DNA of 64,000 bases from a virus. The DNA is taken from IMG/VR virus record IMGVR_UViG_3300032268_000694, positions 55,276 to 119,275 of that record. One strand, given 5' to 3'. The translations under genes were made by a program, and so were the position numbers. The notes beneath the pieces were generated by a model, which was not told the DNA's origin, ran no database searches, and saw nothing but the letters and a program-made list of their open reading frames with translations. Shown here piece by piece: positions 37,997-48,682 of this stretch; the first letter of the stretch is position 1, and every line of letters starts with the position of its first letter.

Positions 37997-38482
37997 ATGG
38001 CTGTATTATCACCAAACGAAATAATGTTCACAGCGTTTGAACCTAAAGTTCAGAATCGTTTTATCATGTACATCGATGGTATTCCTGCGTACTTGATTAA
38101 AAAAGCAACTGCTCCCGGATTTGAAGCTGGTGAAATTATTTTAGATCATATCAACGTTTACCGTAAAGTTAAAGGTAAAGTTCGTTGGAATGATATGACT
38201 TTAGAATTATACGATCCTGTAACCCCATCTGGTGCTCAATCAGTAATGGAATGGGCTCGTTTAGCACACGAATCAGTAACTGGTCGTGATGGTTACTCAG
38301 ATTTCTACAAAAAGAGTATCACATTAGACATCTTAGGTCCAGTAGGTGATGTAGTAGGTGAGTGGATTATCAACGGTGCTTACGTTAAAAATGCAACTTT
38401 CGGTGATTACGATTGGAGCTCAGACGCTGCTATTAGCTTATCAGTAGTGATAGCTATGGATTATTGCGTATTGAACTTCTAA
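37997..38482 (+). CDS. Tail tube protein (T4 gp19-like)
   Basis: Follows the sheath; FEPK..NRF, W..MTL.LYDP, YKK.ITL and W...GA motifs. Confidence 0.9.
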   Translation: MAVLSPNEIMFTAFEPKVQNRFIMYIDGIPAYLIKKATAPGFEAGEIILDHINVYRKVKGKVRWNDMTLELYDPVTPSGAQSVMEWARLAHESVTGRDGYSDFYKKSITLDILGPVGDVVGEWIINGAYVKNATFGDYDWSSDAAISLSVVIAMDYCVLNF

Positions 38483-38506
38483 TTATATTTCAATATCTTT
38501 TTATAT

Positions 38507-38538
38507 AAGGCGTCTGCTTTTAGCAGACGTCTTTTTTT
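38507..38538 (+). terminator. Rho-independent terminator after the tail tube gene
   Basis: GGCGTCTGCT-TTT-AGCAGACGTC stem followed by T7. Confidence 0.85.
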
Positions 38539-38555
38539 ATTTTATATTTATATCC

Positions 38556-39050
38556 ATGGAATTATTAAATTCATTTGATAAAACAAAACTAGATTTAGAA
38601 AATCCTTCACCATCGGGTTTTAATAGGCTCGATACTATTACTGATTACAACGCTAATAGTACAGGTACCCCAACTAGTACAGCAAATCCTGGTGCTCCAT
38701 CTCGTTTTTTTCAAAAATTTGCTCCACAAGAAACATATTTACAGTACGTTAAAGATTTACCTGGCAAAAGTAATTTATTAAATTTAAGTGGTCCTAATAG
38801 TAATATTGATATTTCCACCAACATCAACTATTCAATATTTGACGCTACTAACCTTGACATTGAAAAACCAGGAGTTAATGGCGGTATTCCGTATAAGCAA
38901 GAAAAAGACCCAACAGTATACCCAGTAACAACACAAAGAGTAACATCATTAAGGGGAACATTTCCAGTACAGGGAGAGGGCGCTAAAAAATACACCCAAA
39001 CATTTACCCCAACTAAAACATACTCAGAGTTTATAAAGAAGTTTATTTAA
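38556..39050 (+). CDS. Hypothetical tail-module protein with an internal two-fold repeat
   Basis: FDKTKLDLENP...FFQKFAPQETY repeated as FDATNLDIEKP...YTQTFTPTKTY. Confidence 0.6.
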   Translation: MELLNSFDKTKLDLENPSPSGFNRLDTITDYNANSTGTPTSTANPGAPSRFFQKFAPQETYLQYVKDLPGKSNLLNLSGPNSNIDISTNINYSIFDATNLDIEKPGVNGGIPYKQEKDPTVYPVTTQRVTSLRGTFPVQGEGAKKYTQTFTPTKTYSEFIKKFI

Positions 39051-39113
39051 TACTTACTTGGTAAATGCCTTTTTTCTTCGTATATTTATATATATAATAA
39101 ATAAAATAAGTTT

Positions 39114-39857
39114 ATGGCTGAATTAAAAATTCCAACAGAAATCGTTTCGTTACCTTCAAAAGGCTTATTGTATCCTGAAACATCTCTACTATCTAAAGGT
39201 GAAGTTGAGATGAAATACATGACAGCAAAAGAAGAAGATATCCTTACGAATACCAACTACATCCGTCAAGGTACCGTTATTGATAAATTATTACAAGCAC
39301 TAGTTGTAACACCAATTGACTATAATGAATTATTAGTTGGTGATAAAAATGCAATTATGGTTGCTGCTCGCGTATTAGGTTATGGTAAAGATTATACTTT
39401 TACCTATAATGGTAAAGAAGCTACAGTAGATCTATCTACATTAGAAGATAAAGTAGTTGATGAATCGTTATTTACCCGTGGTATAAATGAATTTACATTT
39501 ACAACACCAAAAATCGAAAATGTACTAACATTCAGACTGTTAACACACAGTGATGAGAAAAAAATCGAAGCTGAAGTTAATGGTATGAAGAAAATCAACC
39601 CAGATTCTTCAACAGATATTACGACTCGTTTAAAATATATGATTACATCTGTGAATGGTGATCGTGAACAAAAATCAATTCGTGATTTCGTTGATAATCA
39701 TTTACTAGCACCAGATGCTAGAGCATTACGCGAATATTATGGCAAAGTCACCCCAGACGTTAATTTAATCTTCAAACCAGAAGATGAAAACTATACAGGG
39801 GAGGGTATAGCGGTACCTATTAATCTTAACTTTTTTTGGCCTGACTTCGGATTATAG
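39114..39857 (+). CDS. Baseplate hub assembly / tail assembly chaperone (T4 gp26-like)
   Basis: LPSKG..Y, MTAKEEDIL, L..GD...I...R...YG and terminal NFFWP. Confidence 0.75.
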   Translation: MAELKIPTEIVSLPSKGLLYPETSLLSKGEVEMKYMTAKEEDILTNTNYIRQGTVIDKLLQALVVTPIDYNELLVGDKNAIMVAARVLGYGKDYTFTYNGKEATVDLSTLEDKVVDESLFTRGINEFTFTTPKIENVLTFRLLTHSDEKKIEAEVNGMKKINPDSSTDITTRLKYMITSVNGDREQKSIRDFVDNHLLAPDARALREYYGKVTPDVNLIFKPEDENYTGEGIAVPINLNFFWPDFGL

Positions 39858-39864
39858 ATTAATT

Positions 39865-40119
39865 ATGTTTTCACAAATCCATGATATTGTATTTCATGGA
39901 AATGGTGGGTATGACTGGGAAACAATATACCATATGCCTATATGGTTGCGTAGATTCACATTTAATAAAGTAAAAGAATTTTACGATAAACAGAATGAAG
40001 AAAAAGATAAAATTGAAAATACGTTAGCAAATAAAAGTAATAAAAACGACTTATCGCGACCAAACATAGCTCCAAAACAACCCACACCAACATATATAGT
40101 AAAGGCGCCTAAGAAATAG
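39865..40119 (+). CDS. Tail assembly chaperone, second ORF (probable frameshift extension of 39114)
   Basis: IY.MPIW.RRF motif typical of the ORF before tape-measure genes; the frame is open upstream through a T7 run. Confidence 0.65.
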   Translation: MFSQIHDIVFHGNGGYDWETIYHMPIWLRRFTFNKVKEFYDKQNEEKDKIENTLANKSNKNDLSRPNIAPKQPTPTYIVKAPKK

Positions 40120-40127
40120 GCGCTTTT
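40101..40127 (+). terminator. Hairpin terminator before the tape measure gene
   Basis: AAGGCGCCTA-AGAAA-TAGGCGCTTTT. Confidence 0.7.
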
Positions 40128-40159
40128 AATATTTATATATAACACATCCGTAATAAATT

Positions 40160-42187
40160 ATGCCTGTTGATCCATTAATACTCGAAAAATTTAGTGATGA
40201 CTTAGAAACACTGGAAGGTCAACTGCAAAACATTGCTCGTAACCTAGAAAAAGGCTTATTAAATAAACTATCAGATTCAGTAACTGAGACTAGAAATTTA
40301 GTTGATGCTTTTGCTGATGGTGAAGATGTTACTAAAAAGTTAGCATCTCAAATGTCAAAGATGCAAAAGGAAAGTAATAAACTTTCTCTTAATGGCATCA
40401 AATTACAAAATGACTTAACACGAGTTCAAGCTTCAGGCAATAGATTAGCCGAAGAAAAAATAAGAAAAGCAATTTTACAAAATAATCTTGCTACTCAAAT
40501 AATAGAAAAAGAACAAACTCTTCTTAATTCTATCCAACAACAAGTTGAGGCTCAAAAAGGAGCATCTAAAGCCTTAGCAGACCAAATTAAGTCAGCTTTT
40601 TCTTTTGAAAAAATAATGTCTTCGGGTATAGTCAAAGCTGTCCTTGCCGTAGACACTCAAGTAACAAATCTTAATAAATCACTAGGCGTTAGTTACGAAT
40701 CAGCAAAGGAGTTAAGAGATGGTATGGAGTCTTTTGCCAAATCAGCTAATGATGGTTTTACCACAGTAGCACGATTATCAAAAGCACAAGCTGACTTAAC
40801 TGAACAATTAGGAATTGCAGTTGATTTTGGTAATGAGGAAAGACAACAATTCTCTAAATTAACAGAATTAGTAGGATTATCAGCAGATGAAGCAGGTAAG
40901 TTAGCTAGTTTCTCAGCAGCAGCTGGAGTGTCAACTGAAGATTACTTAAAAGATGTTCGCGCTGCTGGTTTTGCTTCTCAACAAGCTAATAAAATTCATA
41001 TTAGTGATAAGCAATTATTACAAAGTATATCTAAATTAAGCTCTGGTATATTAGTTAAATTCCAAGGTAATCCTAAAGCATTAGCTGAAGCAGTAATACA
41101 AGCTAAGAAATTTGGTTTAACCCTAGAACAAGTAAATAAAACAGGTGATGCTCTTCTAGAATGGGAATCATCAATAGAAAATGAACTTAAAGCAGAATTA
41201 ATAACTGGTAAGCAGTTAAATCTTGAAAGAGCAAGAGCTGCTGCCTTAACAGGTGATCAAGCTACATTAATGCAAGAAGTAGCTTCCCAAGCAGGTTCAT
41301 TAGAAGAATTTAGTAGTATGAATGTCATCGCTCAAAGATCATTAGCTGAAGCTTTTGGTATGAGTAGTGATCAAATGGCTGAAATGTTAATGCAACAAGA
41401 AGCCATTAACAAATATGGTAAAGCAGCTGAAGAACTTAATGCTCAACAACTAGAGGATTTTGAAAAATCAGGAATGTCTTTAGATGCTTATCTTGCAAAA
41501 GAAGCTGAAAAAGTAGATATTCAAACTAAGTTTAATACTGCAATGGAAAGAATGCAGGAGATATTAGGTAATATTGCTGCAGGTCCTTTAGGTACTATAT
41601 TAGGAATGTTTACTGATTTACTTAGTAATTCTACTAGCTTAGCAGCTATATTAGGTGGAGTAATGATGGTAAACCTAGCAAAAATGGTTGTTACCATGAA
41701 GAGATTAGCAAAAGTATCTAAATCAGGCGCTATTGTGGACATCATAGGTGCTGCATTTAAATCAGTAGGAGGAGTACCCGGTCTTGGTATGATTTTAGCT
41801 GGTACTGCTGCTGCAGCAGGTATTGCTTATCTAGCTAGTAAATCTCAAGATGTAGAAGATGGTATTGCCCCTCCAGGTAAGGGTCCATTCACCATTACAG
41901 ATAAATTTGGTGCAACTGCTGTAACAGCAGCAGGTGATGGTATTGCTGTTTCACCTAATATTAGTAAAAATGAAGGTATTTCTGCATCTAATGCCAATAA
42001 AGGTGGTGGTGATAATGCTGGATTAATGGCCGCAATCAATGAATTAAGAAATGCAGTAAACGCGTTAGCTATCAAGCCGGCACCAGCAATGTCACTTCAA
42101 GTAGGCGCAGAAAAATTAGGTGAAGTAGTTGGAAGACAAGCAGAAACAGGTACCAATCAATACAAAAATGCATATAGACTAGCATAA
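40160..42187 (+). CDS. Tape measure protein
   Basis: Long helical Ala/Leu/Gln-rich protein after the chaperones; SSIENEL.AELITGK.LNLERAR.AAL; hydrophobic segment near the C-terminus. Confidence 0.85.
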   Translation: MPVDPLILEKFSDDLETLEGQLQNIARNLEKGLLNKLSDSVTETRNLVDAFADGEDVTKKLASQMSKMQKESNKLSLNGIKLQNDLTRVQASGNRLAEEKIRKAILQNNLATQIIEKEQTLLNSIQQQVEAQKGASKALADQIKSAFSFEKIMSSGIVKAVLAVDTQVTNLNKSLGVSYESAKELRDGMESFAKSANDGFTTVARLSKAQADLTEQLGIAVDFGNEERQQFSKLTELVGLSADEAGKLASFSAAAGVSTEDYLKDVRAAGFASQQANKIHISDKQLLQSISKLSSGILVKFQGNPKALAEAVIQAKKFGLTLEQVNKTGDALLEWESSIENELKAELITGKQLNLERARAAALTGDQATLMQEVASQAGSLEEFSSMNVIAQRSLAEAFGMSSDQMAEMLMQQEAINKYGKAAEELNAQQLEDFEKSGMSLDAYLAKEAEKVDIQTKFNTAMERMQEILGNIAAGPLGTILGMFTDLLSNSTSLAAILGGVMMVNLAKMVVTMKRLAKVSKSGAIVDIIGAAFKSVGGVPGLGMILAGTAAAAGIAYLASKSQDVEDGIAPPGKGPFTITDKFGATAVTAAGDGIAVSPNISKNEGISASNANKGGGDNAGLMAAINELRNAVNALAIKPAPAMSLQVGAEKLGEVVGRQAETGTNQYKNAYRLA

Positions 42188-42226
42188 CCATTAAATATTT
42201 ATACGAAATAATTAAATCATTAAAAA

Positions 42227-42610
42227 ATGTCACTAGAAAACAAATTAAAGGACAGTAAATTAAGTTTAGAAGGTAACGGATTCAATCCTACCCCTAAAAC
42301 ACCTTCTTGGGGATTTGAAAATCCAAATATTACTGCACCAACCTTAAACCCACTAGATCCAAAACTTAGTGTACTACAAAACACATATGGTGTAGATACT
42401 ATCCCAGCAAAAGTTAAAATTGTAAGTTTTAATAAAACACAATATAAACCGTATTTACCAACAGAATCTCAATTAGATGAGTTGGATACAAATGCACCTA
42501 AAAATACTAGAGCGGGTCAAGTAGGATCTGTAGTATCACAAATATATAAATCATCAATTAAGCAAGGTTACAAAGACAAAGGTCCTAAAAATGGCCGTTA
42601 CATATCATAA
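42227..42610 (+). CDS. Hypothetical tail-module protein
   Basis: 127 aa with its own ATATTTAT motif at 42195. Confidence 0.6.
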   Translation: MSLENKLKDSKLSLEGNGFNPTPKTPSWGFENPNITAPTLNPLDPKLSVLQNTYGVDTIPAKVKIVSFNKTQYKPYLPTESQLDELDTNAPKNTRAGQVGSVVSQIYKSSIKQGYKDKGPKNGRYIS

Positions 42611-42619
42611 TTAATAGGA

Positions 42620-44740
42620 ATGCCTCTAATAGACCTAAAAACAAACTTAAAGTCACTTAAGTATGGCAATGATCGTACTAATGCTGGAAGCAGTGGCCAA
42701 CCTTATATAACAGCAGATCCTGATGGTAATACTAATTTATCTCTTGGTGCTAGTAATGTGGTTGGTGATGTTCTTCGCCTTATAGGTGTAAATAAAGTTC
42801 CTTTAGTTCCAAATTTATCTGTTAAATTAAATGATAGCAAAGTAGGACGATTTGTCAATCAAGCATTAAATACAGATGATTTTATTAGAGGAGGAGCTGT
42901 AGGGTCTGTTCAAGCATCTATTAATGATATTTTTCGTATAGGGGCTTTCCTTACAGATGTACCTAAAGGACCTATATTCATTGCTAAGCAAGTAGGTTTA
43001 CAATTATCAAATCCAAAATTAGAAATTAAAAGAGGAGGAGCGGCTGTTGCTAAAGGTCTTCTTAAGGCCCTTTTTAGTGCTAGCCCTGCTCAAGCATTAA
43101 GTTCAGTTACTGGTGGTCTTTTAGGACCTACTCGTGTATATAATTTAGGTATTAATACTTTAGCTCAAGTACCTGCAAATGCATTTGGTACTCACTTTAG
43201 CAGACATGGTTTATTGCCTATACAAGATGAACAAACTAAATATCAAAATGTAGTTACTTCTAATAATGAAAGTCCTAATAGTATATTTAATAGATTAGTA
43301 GAGTTAACTGATAAATTTGATTTAGGAGATCAACAATATGAGGCAAATCCTAATTTTAATCTTAATGCAGCTAGAAAAGCAAATAGACAAGCTAATAGAA
43401 ATAATAAAAAGCAATTTAATTTTCAAACAGCTAGACAACTAAATAGATCAAATAGAAGCAATATTCGTTCACTAAATAATAATCCTCTAAACTCACAATC
43501 AGGAGCAGGTAAACTTTCTTATGTTCCTACTAAGTTTAAAAAGCAAAAATTAGATATTTCTAAGCAAACAATTGCTTCTTACCCATCAGGTCCTGGATCC
43601 GTATATGGTATAGGAACTACTGTAATTCAAAGATATAGCTTTACTGAAGATAAATCAAAAATTGAAGAATCATTAAATAATGCCTCTGCTTTTGCTGGTA
43701 ACTCAAGACGTACTCCTACTCCTACTTCTGTGGTTTACACAAACGCATTAGGAGAAAAAGCAAAATTATCTGTTAACAATGCTGCTAAATCCATTAATGC
43801 TTATACTAGTTCAATACCAGGTTCTTCAGGACCAGGACCAGCCTCTATTCAAACTGCTTTAAGACAAGGAATTTTTGATACATATGCTCAATTAGCAAAT
43901 GCAGTAAATGCAACAACAAATGTAACTCAACCAATCCCTTCATTTGGTACTTATTCAGAGACAAATCCTATCACTCCAACCAATACAATCTCAACCAAAG
44001 ATTCTTTTATAACTAGAGATTCACCTGATTTTAAATATTATGGAACTGGTTCTGTAGTACCTGACTTTTCAGGTTCTGTACTACAATATAATAATACCAA
44101 TGTCTTTTCTAGGAATGATGCTGGTATTATGACTGTAATATTTAGAGCTATTAACCCATTTGATTCTAACTCAGCAAGTAATGAAGAAACATTTGCATTC
44201 AATGCTTATATGAGTGGTTATAAAGACAATTTTGATGCTACTTGGAATGATGTTAATTATGCAGGTCGAGCGGAAAGTTTCTATATTTACAGTAAATTTA
44301 AACGTACAGTAAATTTTGATTTAAAAATTCCTTGCTTTAATAAAATTCAACTATTTGAAAAACATAGAGCATTAGGTCAATTAGCATCAGTAACTGCTGG
44401 TTCTTATAAAAATAATTTATTATTAGGTGGTGTTTTAATTAAAATAAATATGGGTAATTATTTAGTTGGTGAATATGCTACTTTGAATAATGTAAGTTAT
44501 AGTATTCCTGATGATGCTTCTTGGGATATAGCAGATGATGCTTTATTATCAATGTATATTGATGCTAGTTTTAGCTTAACAATAGTTCATAAAAAATTAC
44601 CTGAATATCGACAAAGCAGTGAAACTGTTCTTGATAATGGTTTCTTTGGTTACTTACCAAACCCAGTAAATACAAACCAATCTACTAGAACTGGATTTAT
44701 TCAACCCCCTAAGGTATTAGCTAAATTCAGAAAAAACTAA
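42620..44740 (+). CDS. Baseplate / tube-initiator-like protein
   Basis: C-terminal F.AY....D.F.A.W....YAGR.E.FY.Y..F.R...F domain typical of myophage baseplate proteins; synteny. Confidence 0.55.
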   Translation: MPLIDLKTNLKSLKYGNDRTNAGSSGQPYITADPDGNTNLSLGASNVVGDVLRLIGVNKVPLVPNLSVKLNDSKVGRFVNQALNTDDFIRGGAVGSVQASINDIFRIGAFLTDVPKGPIFIAKQVGLQLSNPKLEIKRGGAAVAKGLLKALFSASPAQALSSVTGGLLGPTRVYNLGINTLAQVPANAFGTHFSRHGLLPIQDEQTKYQNVVTSNNESPNSIFNRLVELTDKFDLGDQQYEANPNFNLNAARKANRQANRNNKKQFNFQTARQLNRSNRSNIRSLNNNPLNSQSGAGKLSYVPTKFKKQKLDISKQTIASYPSGPGSVYGIGTTVIQRYSFTEDKSKIEESLNNASAFAGNSRRTPTPTSVVYTNALGEKAKLSVNNAAKSINAYTSSIPGSSGPGPASIQTALRQGIFDTYAQLANAVNATTNVTQPIPSFGTYSETNPITPTNTISTKDSFITRDSPDFKYYGTGSVVPDFSGSVLQYNNTNVFSRNDAGIMTVIFRAINPFDSNSASNEETFAFNAYMSGYKDNFDATWNDVNYAGRAESFYIYSKFKRTVNFDLKIPCFNKIQLFEKHRALGQLASVTAGSYKNNLLLGGVLIKINMGNYLVGEYATLNNVSYSIPDDASWDIADDALLSMYIDASFSLTIVHKKLPEYRQSSETVLDNGFFGYLPNPVNTNQSTRTGFIQPPKVLAKFRKN

Positions 44741-44744
44741 ATAA

Positions 44745-45053
44745 ATGGAACGTTATAGCAGTACAGACATATTAAAAACGGCAAATACAAATCGTCCATA
44801 CTATAAAGGTAAATTTTACCCTGATATTCCATTGTCAGAAACAGATGAATATGTTATTACAACTGTTGGAGATAGACTTGATAGTTTAGCCTATTCTTAT
44901 TACCTTGACGCTACCTTATGGTGGGTAATTGCTGCTGCAAACAACAATATAACTAAGGGAGCCTTATACCCAGAACCAGGTACACAATTAAGAATACCAA
45001 CCGATATAAATAGTGTTTTAAACCTATATAATCAATTCAATAAAGCAAGATAA
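44745..45053 (+). CDS. LysM-like baseplate wedge protein (gp53 / tail X-like)
   Basis: GDRLDSLAY.YY.D..LWWVIA.AN...PG.QLRIP. Confidence 0.8.
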   Translation: MERYSSTDILKTANTNRPYYKGKFYPDIPLSETDEYVITTVGDRLDSLAYSYYLDATLWWVIAAANNNITKGALYPEPGTQLRIPTDINSVLNLYNQFNKAR

Positions 45054-45058
45054 ATGTT

Positions 45059-48000
45059 ATGTCCATATTTAGAAATACATTCCAAGATGATATAAAGGCT
45101 TCTCTAACAGGTAGACAAAATGCTATGATAAGCCGTACTCCGGAAGTTATTCAATACTTGAATTCTCGTAATTCATGGATTAGAATGACATCTAGTGTTA
45201 ACGTTGGAGGTAGTGCTACTTCAGTAGGTAGTTCTGATTTAGCTAAAAATAACGTTTTGCTAGGTGGTACTTTAAGTCATACTTTTATCAAAGCAGCTGG
45301 GAAAACCACCGATAATTTCACTCCTAAATCAGGAGTAGGTGGTGTAGATAATGCATACGCCTACAAAACGGCATTAGGTACACAAAATCATAGATTAGGT
45401 CTTCGCCCAATGCCTGGTATTACTGATATGAATATTAAATCCAAATCAGCATATGGTTCGTTAAGAGAAGCAGTAGTTAGTTTTCAATGTTGGGATATTC
45501 ATCAACTTGAAGAATTAGAATTACTTTATATGCGTCCTGGATATACAGTACTTGTAGAATGGGGTTGGGCACCTTATCTAAATAGTAGTGGAAAATTAGT
45601 AACGACACCACCAGACTTCTATGACATCCTAAATCTAGGCACTACTAGTAGAACAAAAATATTCAAAGACTTATATGAGAAAACTAAATTATCTGGAGGT
45701 AACTACGACGCTATGTTTGGATATGTCAAGAACTACCAATGGTCAGCTAGACCAGATGGTGGTTATGATTGCCAAACAACAATTATATCAACAGGTGAAA
45801 TTATTGAATCATTAAAGGTAAACTATGTATTACCTGACTTAACTAAACTTAATTCCTCCACTACTAATACCGGATTTTTAGATTCAGAATTTACAATCCT
45901 AGGAACTGCCAAATCAAACGTATTAAAAGAGCATTACGAAAAAAATATATTAGCTGGTGTTTGGGCTGAAACTTATTACAGATTAAAAGAGGCATCTACC
46001 ACCACCGTTACTCCTCCTGGTGGTGGAGCTCCTACTACTACCACAGCAACCGTAACATTGTCACCAACCTCTATTTTTAAAGATAAATACAGCTTCATTC
46101 GTGCACCTTATCTTAAAACAACAGGTTGGTCTCCTTTAGCAGGAACTACTCAGAATCAAATCTACATTACTTTAGAAGCTGCTTTTGATGTAATTAATAA
46201 GTATGTTATACCAAAAGATGAGAACGGTAATTTATTAATGGAATTATCTACTCAAACAGAAGGATATACAGGCACTGCAGAAGATTTATTATGTGTAGCT
46301 CATCCTGTACAAGTGTCTGTTGATCCAACAGTATGCGTTATTAAGAGTCCTATATGGTATGAAACAACAAAAGCAGGAATATTAACTGCTGTAGGTGCAA
46401 CCGTAGCAGCTAGCACACCAGGAACAAAAGCAGCTGCTATTACAAAAGCAGCAAATGATTATATAGCTAGTAAAGGTAACACAACTAAATTGCAAGCAAA
46501 TCTATTAGCATTCACACTTGCTATCCAGCAAATAACCACCCTTGTTGAATATCAACAGGTTAATACTGCAATGGGTACTCAAGATATTCCTTATTATTTA
46601 AGTAGAAGAGTAGCCTCATCTAGTGCTGGATCAGGGGTATCCCCAGATATTGGTGGTATGATGGGAGAAACAGAGCAAAGTTTTTGGAAGTCAGTACGGG
46701 ATCATTTACAATTAATTCTTGATCCAACAGGTACTGGGGTTTCTGTTTTTTTAAACGTCGATTTTGATGGTGCTACTGGTTATCAAACTAGAATAAAAAT
46801 AAAGCCTCCTACAGGTACTCCACCACCTACAACAATAGTAGCTGTTACTTCTATAGATAATGCAAAAGCTACCCTAACTCAGTTAAAAGATTTAAAACAA
46901 TCCTTTTTCTTTGGTGACGCAAACGGATATGATGAATTAGGTATAATAGGAAATATATATGTAAATTTAAATTTTCTCTATCAATTAGCTTACGATTCAA
47001 ACCTTGAATCATCAGATAACAAAGAAAAAAATGAGATTAATCTATACAAATATGTAAAAAATGTAATTGCAGCAATACAACCAGCTATTGGTAATGTTAA
47101 TAGCTTTGAAATACATGTTGACCCTGTAGATAATAAAGCTAGAGTAATCGATATAAACTTTACTAAAGCTAAAAACCCAACATTATTTGAATTACAAGTA
47201 GGTAACTTAAAATCAGTAGTTAGAAATTATAGCTTACAATCACAAATATTTCCAGAACAATCATCTATTATTGCCATTGGTTCACAAGCTCAAGGTGGTC
47301 AATTAGGTATGCAAAATAATACTATGATTGATTTTAACAGAAGTTTAATTGATAGAATAATACCAAAAAAGGATTTTGGTATAGCAAGTAATGCAGCTTT
47401 ACATAAGGGGAAATTGGATACTGCATTAGCTAGTAATTTAGGAGGTATAATATTCATGTTTGCAACCCTACAACAAACAGAAACAGCACCAGGATCATCA
47501 ACAGATATTTCTACATTATTTAATAGATGTAAAAGTAATTTAAGAGATTTAATTGTATATTTTCAGTCTATTACAAAATCCCCAGGTGCTAATAGAAATA
47601 TAATTCCATTTAAATTCTCATTTGAAATGGATGGTATTGGTGGATTAGTAATAGGAAATTTATTTACTATAACCCCCGATGTATTACCTAAGGGATATAA
47701 AGGTGGTGGTGCTGGTGTTAAATTAGCTCAAACAGTAACAGGTATATCTCATACTCTTAGTAATAATGATTGGACAACTAAAATTGATGCTTTAAATATT
47801 GTATTAGGAGAAGGACCAAATTCTATTGAATTTAAAGATTTAGATTTAGCTACTTTAATTAACAATTCATATAAAAATTCATTAGCATCTGCACTTCCAC
47901 CAACAGGAACATCATCACTCCCTGCACCTTTACTATCTTTTGCCCCTTCAGGACGTAAACGTACTTTAAACGATGTTAAACAAATTATTCTTCATGATAC

Positions 48001-48682
48001 CGATGGGCATGGGGGTATTGAACAAGTAATTGATGTACTTAATAGTAAAGTACCAAAGTTAAGTATTCACTATATTGTTGAAAGAGGTGGAAAATCATTT
48101 AACCAAACACCTCTAGATAGAGTTGCAGGACATGCTGGAGCAACAGCAAACGCAACTTCAGTTGGTATTGAAATATGCAGTTTAGGTATGCTTACCGAAC
48201 GCAATGGTGGTAAAGATGTTTATCACGCTACTGGAAAAAGACAATTTTCAACAACTCCTCCTTACAAGCTCACTAATGGAGATAAAAAAGGAACCATAGA
48301 AAGTATAAACAGTTCCCCTTCAGTTACAGCCGGAGTTAAAGATCTTGGATTTTATGTTAATTCACAGAGACATTATGAAGGTTATACTGTTTCTCAAATA
48401 ACTGAATTAAAAAGAGTAATAAAAGAAATTTTAAATCAATGCCCAAATATTGTACTTAACTACGCAGCAAACGATTTAAGTATATACCAAAATGTATTTG
48501 GCTTAAAGACTTTAACAACAATGCCTACTAAAGGCGAAAAATTAACAACTACAAGAGACTTTATTGGTTTAAATAAAGGAATATATGCTCATGCTGTAAT
48601 TTCAACTTCAAGAAATGATGCACATATAGACCCTCTAATGATACAAATGCTTAAAGAAATTAAACTTGAAACAGGACGATAA
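45059..48682 (+). CDS. Baseplate hub protein with a C-terminal N-acetylmuramoyl-L-alanine amidase (Amidase_2) domain
   Basis: RPMPGI...LY.RPG.TVL.EWGW...NYD.M.G hub motifs; DGIGG..IGN.F; C-terminal IILHDT, SIHYIV, HAG..N..SVGIE and H......D. Confidence 0.75.
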   Translation: MSIFRNTFQDDIKASLTGRQNAMISRTPEVIQYLNSRNSWIRMTSSVNVGGSATSVGSSDLAKNNVLLGGTLSHTFIKAAGKTTDNFTPKSGVGGVDNAYAYKTALGTQNHRLGLRPMPGITDMNIKSKSAYGSLREAVVSFQCWDIHQLEELELLYMRPGYTVLVEWGWAPYLNSSGKLVTTPPDFYDILNLGTTSRTKIFKDLYEKTKLSGGNYDAMFGYVKNYQWSARPDGGYDCQTTIISTGEIIESLKVNYVLPDLTKLNSSTTNTGFLDSEFTILGTAKSNVLKEHYEKNILAGVWAETYYRLKEASTTTVTPPGGGAPTTTTATVTLSPTSIFKDKYSFIRAPYLKTTGWSPLAGTTQNQIYITLEAAFDVINKYVIPKDENGNLLMELSTQTEGYTGTAEDLLCVAHPVQVSVDPTVCVIKSPIWYETTKAGILTAVGATVAASTPGTKAAAITKAANDYIASKGNTTKLQANLLAFTLAIQQITTLVEYQQVNTAMGTQDIPYYLSRRVASSSAGSGVSPDIGGMMGETEQSFWKSVRDHLQLILDPTGTGVSVFLNVDFDGATGYQTRIKIKPPTGTPPPTTIVAVTSIDNAKATLTQLKDLKQSFFFGDANGYDELGIIGNIYVNLNFLYQLAYDSNLESSDNKEKNEINLYKYVKNVIAAIQPAIGNVNSFEIHVDPVDNKARVIDINFTKAKNPTLFELQVGNLKSVVRNYSLQSQIFPEQSSIIAIGSQAQGGQLGMQNNTMIDFNRSLIDRIIPKKDFGIASNAALHKGKLDTALASNLGGIIFMFATLQQTETAPGSSTDISTLFNRCKSNLRDLIVYFQSITKSPGANRNIIPFKFSFEMDGIGGLVIGNLFTITPDVLPKGYKGGGAGVKLAQTVTGISHTLSNNDWTTKIDALNIVLGEGPNSIEFKDLDLATLINNSYKNSLASALPPTGTSSLPAPLLSFAPSGRKRTLNDVKQIILHDTDGHGGIEQVIDVLNSKVPKLSIHYIVERGGKSFNQTPLDRVAGHAGATANATSVGIEICSLGMLTERNGGKDVYHATGKRQFSTTPPYKLTNGDKKGTIESINSSPSVTAGVKDLGFYVNSQRHYEGYTVSQITELKRVIKEILNQCPNIVLNYAANDLSIYQNVFGLKTLTTMPTKGEKLTTTRDFIGLNKGIYAHAVISTSRNDAHIDPLMIQMLKEIKLETGR

